38,177 nucleotides of DNA, taken from an uncultured Nitrososphaerota archaeon (GTDB lineage: Archaea; Asgardarchaeota; Njordarchaeia; Njordarchaeales; Panguiarchaeaceae). Made by a program: the position numbers and the translations under genes. The notes beneath the pieces are model-generated. The model did not search any database, was not told the DNA's origin, and saw only the letters and a list, made by a program, of their open reading frames with translations. Below, piece by piece: positions 34,083 through 38,177 of this stretch. Where the stretch lies: assembly GCA_964628995.1 (NCBI GenBank), contig CAZVPA010000001.1, positions 26,606-64,782 of the forward strand, written 5' to 3'. Numbering within the stretch: position 1 is the first letter of the stretch; every line of letters starts with the position of its first letter.

Positions 34083-36569
34083 ATGTATGTGAAGAAGCAT
34101 GGCCGCGATTTTGAGTTCCCAGACTATAAACCGAATTATCCGAGGAGCCCAAGCTTTAGGCTTAAACACGTAAGGGTTGAGCTCAAACTACATGTATACG
34201 AGAGAAGGATCGAGGGGAGGGCAACACTTAGACTCCAGAGCATAAAGAAGGGGCTGTCAAGCATCGACCTTGATGCTGTTGATATGACAATAAGGAGGAT
34301 TGTGGAGGGCGAGAAAGAGCTGGACTATAGCTATGATGGAAGCAAACTCACAATATATCTTGGCCGTGAACTTGATGTGGATGAGGAACTAAAAGTAACC
34401 ATAGACTATGAAGCGAGTCCCAAAAAAGGTCTCTACTTTATACTACCAAGCAAGAGATATCCTGATGTTGTCCCCCAAGTATGGTCGCAGGGAGAGACCG
34501 AGGATAACCGGTACTGGATACCCCTATATGACTATCCAAATATGAAGTGTACCTCGGAACTAATAGTGTATGCCCCAAAAGACTTTGTTGTTTTTGCTAA
34601 TGGAAAACTCATGGGTACTAGGGAGAGTGGGGATTGGAAGGTGTGGCATTGGGTTATGGATAAACCCCACTCAACATACCTAATAGCCCTAGTGGCGGGA
34701 CAGTTTGATGTTGTTGAGGAGGAAGTGGATGGAATAAAGCTTGTATATGCGGTGCCGAGGGGGAGGAGGGATGATATACAGAGGACATTCTCCAGAACTC
34801 CAGACATAATTAAGTTCTTCTCCGAATATATCGGGGTCCGATACCCATGGGACAACTACAAGCAGATATGTGTATCCGAATACATATATGGGGGGATGGA
34901 GAACACCACGATAACAATACTCATGGATTATACACTCCATGATGAGAAGGCACACATGGACTATGAGAGTGAGCCCCTCGTGGCTCATGAGGCAGCACAT
35001 CAGTGGTTTGGCGACCTAGTAACAACAAAGGACTGGGCGAACATATGGCTCAATGAGTCATTCGCCACATATCTCCAAGCATTATACACTAGGCACTGGA
35101 AAGGGGAGGATGAATTTATCTATGAAATGATAAGGAACATGGATGCCTACCTGAGGGAATACAGTATGAGATATTCGAGACCCATAGTGACGAGGGTATT
35201 CAAATATTCGAGTGAGGTATTTGACGCACATAGCTACCCAAAGGGGGCATTAGTCCTTCATACGTTGAGGTCGATAATCGGGGAAGACAAGTTTAGGGAG
35301 GTCCTCAAGGAGTTCCTTGAGAAATTCAAATTCAGGAATGCCGATACCGAAGACTTCAGGAAGGTTGTTGAGGAGGTTGTTGGGGGCGATTTTGAGTGGT
35401 TCTTTGACCAATATGTCTATAATGCTGGGCACCCTAAACTCACTATAAGCTACAGTTATGATGCCGAGAACAAAATGCTTAAAGTATCGATAAAGCAGAC
35501 ACAAAAGGAGGACTGCTGGGATATATACCGGATACCACTAGAGATAAGGATAAAAACAAAGAATGGTGCAATAGAGAGAACATTTTGGGTCACGGAAAAA
35601 GAACAAACACTCTACATCCCAATGGAGGAGAAGGCCGACACGATATGTGTCGACCCAAAATTCAAAGTATTCGCGATACTAGAAATAAAGCACGGACTCG
35701 AACAACTAATCCGTGAGCTAGAGTGTGATAGCGTTTACTGTAGGATACTTGCGGCAAGATCGCTATCAAAACACAAGAGCTCTAAGGCAATAGAGGCACT
35801 AAAGAAGGCAGTAATAACGGACAAGTTCTGGGGCGTAAGTGCTGAGGCAGCATTGGCCCTAGGAAAAATAGGGACGGAGGAGGCACTAGAAGCATTATTG
35901 GAGGCCGAACAAAAAGTCAAACATCCGAAGGTAAGGAGGGCCATAGCCAAAGCCCTAGGAGAATTTAGAGAAGAAAAAGCAGCAGAAAGACTGGTAGAGA
36001 TCCTAGAGAACGATGAAGAAAGCTATTATGTGAGGTCAGAAGCAGCAACAAGTCTAGGGAAGACAAGATGGGGGAAGGCATATAAGCCCCTAACAAAAGC
36101 ACTAAAAGTATCATCCCATAACGATGTAATAGCAAGGGGGGCACTAAATGGACTGGCAGAACTCGGCACCGATGAAGCATTTGAAAAAATAAAGGAATAT
36201 ACAAAAATAGGGAAGCCAACATTGGTACGAGCAACAGCTATAGTCGCATTGGCAAAGTTCCCAGAGAGGAGGGAGGCAATAGATATGATAATTGAGGCAG
36301 GCAAGGATGAGAACTTCAGGATAAGATACGCAGCAGTAATGGCTGCTGGGGAAATGTTGTCTCCGAAGCTCCTGCCAATGCTCGATAGGATAGCATCAGA
36401 AGACCTCGATGAGAGATTAAGAAGAAGGGCGAGAGAGGTAGCGAGAAAAATAAGGAAACACATGGAGAAGGGAACAGAATACAAAAAACTACGGGAAGAA
36501 ATAGAGAAAATAAGGGAAGAAAACAGAAAACTACTAGACCGCATCTCTAGGATCGAGGTCAAGTCATGA
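34083..36569 (+). CDS. M1-family zinc aminopeptidase with C-terminal HEAT (PBS-lyase-type) repeats and coiled-coil tail
   Basis: GGMENTT exopeptidase motif, HEAAHQWFGDLVT...WLNESFA zinc motif. C-terminal repeats (ALKKAV..., HPKVRRAIAKALGEF, YYVRSEAATSLGK, VRATAIVALAKF, IRYAAVMAAGEM). The start is set at ATG 34083; the track start 33960 would overlap the herA start. Confidence 0.85.
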   Translation: MYVKKHGRDFEFPDYKPNYPRSPSFRLKHVRVELKLHVYERRIEGRATLRLQSIKKGLSSIDLDAVDMTIRRIVEGEKELDYSYDGSKLTIYLGRELDVDEELKVTIDYEASPKKGLYFILPSKRYPDVVPQVWSQGETEDNRYWIPLYDYPNMKCTSELIVYAPKDFVVFANGKLMGTRESGDWKVWHWVMDKPHSTYLIALVAGQFDVVEEEVDGIKLVYAVPRGRRDDIQRTFSRTPDIIKFFSEYIGVRYPWDNYKQICVSEYIYGGMENTTITILMDYTLHDEKAHMDYESEPLVAHEAAHQWFGDLVTTKDWANIWLNESFATYLQALYTRHWKGEDEFIYEMIRNMDAYLREYSMRYSRPIVTRVFKYSSEVFDAHSYPKGALVLHTLRSIIGEDKFREVLKEFLEKFKFRNADTEDFRKVVEEVVGGDFEWFFDQYVYNAGHPKLTISYSYDAENKMLKVSIKQTQKEDCWDIYRIPLEIRIKTKNGAIERTFWVTEKEQTLYIPMEEKADTICVDPKFKVFAILEIKHGLEQLIRELECDSVYCRILAARSLSKHKSSKAIEALKKAVITDKFWGVSAEAALALGKIGTEEALEALLEAEQKVKHPKVRRAIAKALGEFREEKAAERLVEILENDEESYYVRSEAATSLGKTRWGKAYKPLTKALKVSSHNDVIARGALNGLAELGTDEAFEKIKEYTKIGKPTLVRATAIVALAKFPERREAIDMIIEAGKDENFRIRYAAVMAAGEMLSPKLLPMLDRIASEDLDERLRRRAREVARKIRKHMEKGTEYKKLREEIEKIREENRKLLDRISRIEVKS

Positions 36570-36598
36570 TCAAATCTCTCCTAGCGATGTTTTTCACA

Positions 36599-37267
36599 CT
36601 ATTCGATGTTGAGCTTTGGACAGAGTGTGTTGATTGGACATATATCACATTTTGGTTTTCTTGATGTGCAGAATTTCTTTCCCAGTATGATTATTAGTTT
36701 GTGTAGTCTGTCATAATTGTCCACAAAGTCGAACAGTTCTACATATGCTCTTTGTATCTCATCATAATTGCTGCTTTTCGCTATCCCCCAGCGAATAGCT
36801 ATTCTTTTTGCATGTGTGTCTATCCCCATGATTCTCTTCCCGTATATTGCTAGGAGCACATCCACGGTTTTCTTTCCGATCCCCTCAATACTCAATAAGG
36901 TCTGCCTTATATGCTTTATGTCGTGTGTCAATAGCTCATTTATGTCTAGGCCATGAAGTACTTCCTCTGCGAGTCTTTTTATGGTTTTTGCTTTCTGTTT
37001 GTATAGCCCAGATATACGTATAGTTTCTTCAAGTTTTTCTAGGGGAACGTTAGCGAGGATTTCTGGACTTGTCCCTATTTCCTCCTTAAGCCTCTTAAAT
37101 GCTGCTATGGAGTTCTTCTCGCTGGTGTTTTGGCTGAGTATTATAGATAGCAGAATCTTGAATGGATCCTTAGCATAATCAACGACAAATTGTCCTTGAT
37201 CGAGCGATATAGACCTATTAAGTATCTCCCATACCCTTCTAGCCCATTTTTTATCCCTACGGTGCAA
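36599..37267 (-). CDS. nth: endonuclease III (HhH-GPD DNA glycosylase/AP lyase with 4Fe-4S cluster)
   Basis: HhH LLSIEGIGKKTVDVLL, IDTHAKRIAIRWG, FeS loop C-x6-C-x2-C-x5-C (CTSRKPKCDICPINTLC). TTG start. Confidence 0.85.
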   Translation of the reverse strand: MHRRDKKWARRVWEILNRSISLDQGQFVVDYAKDPFKILLSIILSQNTSEKNSIAAFKRLKEEIGTSPEILANVPLEKLEETIRISGLYKQKAKTIKRLAEEVLHGLDINELLTHDIKHIRQTLLSIEGIGKKTVDVLLAIYGKRIMGIDTHAKRIAIRWGIAKSSNYDEIQRAYVELFDFVDNYDRLHKLIIILGKKFCTSRKPKCDICPINTLCPKLNIE

Positions 37268-37400
37268 AACCTACACCCACCATCCGATCAACATAAACGA
37301 AAATTACCGATAAAGCAAGGATAACCTGTGAAACCATCCGTTGTCTTATCTAGAAATAATACCTCCAGTGAAGATCGATGTTACAATGTACCTGAGTTGC

Positions 37401-37910
37401 CTATACTTCTAGGTTTTCTACAATGTTTCTTATCGCATCTACCAGTTTTCGGGTCAATTCTGGGTCAAGAAGACCATCTTTAGTTTCTATGGGGGTGCAA
37501 ATAGATATTTGCGATAATACTGGTGAAGGAGTCACTTTTTTCTCATGTATTTTGATGATATGTTCATCCCACAATAACCATAATTCTCGTTTCACATCAT
37601 ACATGCTAGTTATTCGAAAGAAGTATGTTAGTGGGGCCCTTATGCTTGATAAATTAGGAGGTAGTGGGGCTGCTATAGTCACGTATGCTCCATAAAGTTG
37701 TGCTACTCCATAAATTCGCTCCATCTGTATGGCCGCACTATATATTTCTATGATGGTGTCTTCTAATTCTACGAATATGAATTCTCCACTAGTAAGTAAA
37801 TAGTCCACTCCCTTTAGAGTATTTGGAGGTAGATAATGAACCTTGAACTTGTCAAGAATTCTCCGAAAGAACATATCTACAAATGGCTCTCCGAGGCTAT
37901 GTAGGCTCAT
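37401..37910 (-). CDS. hypothetical protein (weak PD-(D/E)xK-like GVDYLL...FIFVELED segment)
   Basis: The ORF overlaps the upstream small ORF by 14 nt. Only a weak motif resemblance is seen. Confidence 0.4.
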   Translation of the reverse strand: MSLHSLGEPFVDMFFRRILDKFKVHYLPPNTLKGVDYLLTSGEFIFVELEDTIIEIYSAAIQMERIYGVAQLYGAYVTIAAPLPPNLSSIRAPLTYFFRITSMYDVKRELWLLWDEHIIKIHEKKVTPSPVLSQISICTPIETKDGLLDPELTRKLVDAIRNIVENLEV

Positions 37911-38177
37911 TTCTTAATCCTCTGAGTATTTGTTCTAGTTTCTTTGCTTTTTCTCTGAATTCTTTCCCATCCAGATTGGTGAGCTCCACTAGCTGATCCA
38001 TTAGGTCATCATATTTATTGGTGTCGATTATGCCCATCTCAAATAGCCTATCTAGGGACTTATGGAGGCTCATTAAAATCCTGTTTTTTAGTGGTATGGA
38101 TACATCAATAGCACTAATAATCATTTGTTCTAGTTTCTTTGCTTTTTCTCTGAATTCTTTCCCATCCAGATTGGTGA
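37897..38177 (-). CDS. hypothetical helical protein, 5' end outside window; contains in-frame 65-codon repeat unit
   Basis: The frame is open from ATG 38124 up to the window edge. The upstream codons read TNLDGKEFREKAKKLEQ, identical to residues near the C-terminus. Confidence 0.4.
   Translation of the reverse strand, partial: TNLDGKEFREKAKKLEQMIISAIDVSIPLKNRILMSLHKSLDRLFEMGIIDTNKYDDLMDQLVELTNLDGKEFREKAKKLEQILRGLRNEPT
37928..37982. repeat. direct repeat copy 1 (55 nt, perfect)
   Basis: atttgttctagtttctttgctttttctctgaattctttcccatccagattggtga is identical to 38123-38177. Confidence 0.9.
38123..38177. repeat. direct repeat copy 2 (55 nt, perfect; may continue beyond the window)
   Basis: Identical to 37928-37982 at an offset of 195 nt (65 codons). 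Confidence 0.9.

Noticed and set aside
36026-36562. 178-aa minus-strand ORF
   Set aside because: It is antisense to the HEAT-repeat and coiled-coil tail of the aminopeptidase. Its Ser/Leu-rich translation is typical of the reverse frame of Glu/Lys-rich coding sequence.
1-38177. CRISPR arrays, rRNA/tRNA genes, IS elements or transposases
   Set aside because: Reading both strands, I found no regularly spaced short direct repeats, no rRNA-like or cloverleaf-compatible segments, and no transposase or integrase-like ORFs. The only exact repeat is the 55-nt pair at 37928/38123.

Overview
This looks like an archaeal chromosomal segment, probably from a hyperthermophilic Thermoproteota-type organism. 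The signs are AGA/AGG/ATA-rich codon usage, frequent GTG/TTG starts, tight or overlapping gene junctions, Taw1, an aCPSF-type beta-CASP RNase, a KaiC/RadA-like ATPase, HerA-NurA and candidate C/D box sRNAs. I support about 33 protein genes, mostly housekeeping: amidohydrolase, Taw1, AmrS-type radical SAM, malic enzyme, NUDIX, GH2 glycosidase, HtrA, MFS transporter, M1 aminopeptidase and endonuclease III. I also support three candidate C/D box sRNAs. I found no rRNA, tRNA, CRISPR array or recognisable IS/transposase. The most interesting locus is at the left edge (nt 1-3991). It is a tightly coupled four-gene cassette: a small protein ending ...GRVGGG-TEA, a 473-aa protein with an E2/UBC-like HP...C active-site signature, a JAB/MPN+ metalloprotease with a complete JAMM motif, and an E1-like ThiF-family adenylating enzyme. 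That is the component set of a ubiquitin-like conjugation (Bil-like) system, here in an archaeon and with unusual extra domains. Other notable items:
- a threonine-synthase-like protein that has lost the PLP lysine and is fused to a PadR wHTH domain;
- a GH2 glycosidase with a multi-TM insertion between its catalytic glutamates;
- a cassette of two membrane proteins plus a ParA-like ATPase, abutted by a degenerate ABC/SMC-type ATPase;
- a stand-alone HerA-NurA pair, plus a second HerA/FtsK-like ATPase with a novel N-terminal half;
- a perfect in-frame 195-bp-period repeat at the right edge.
All functional calls rest on motif recognition by eye; no searches were run.
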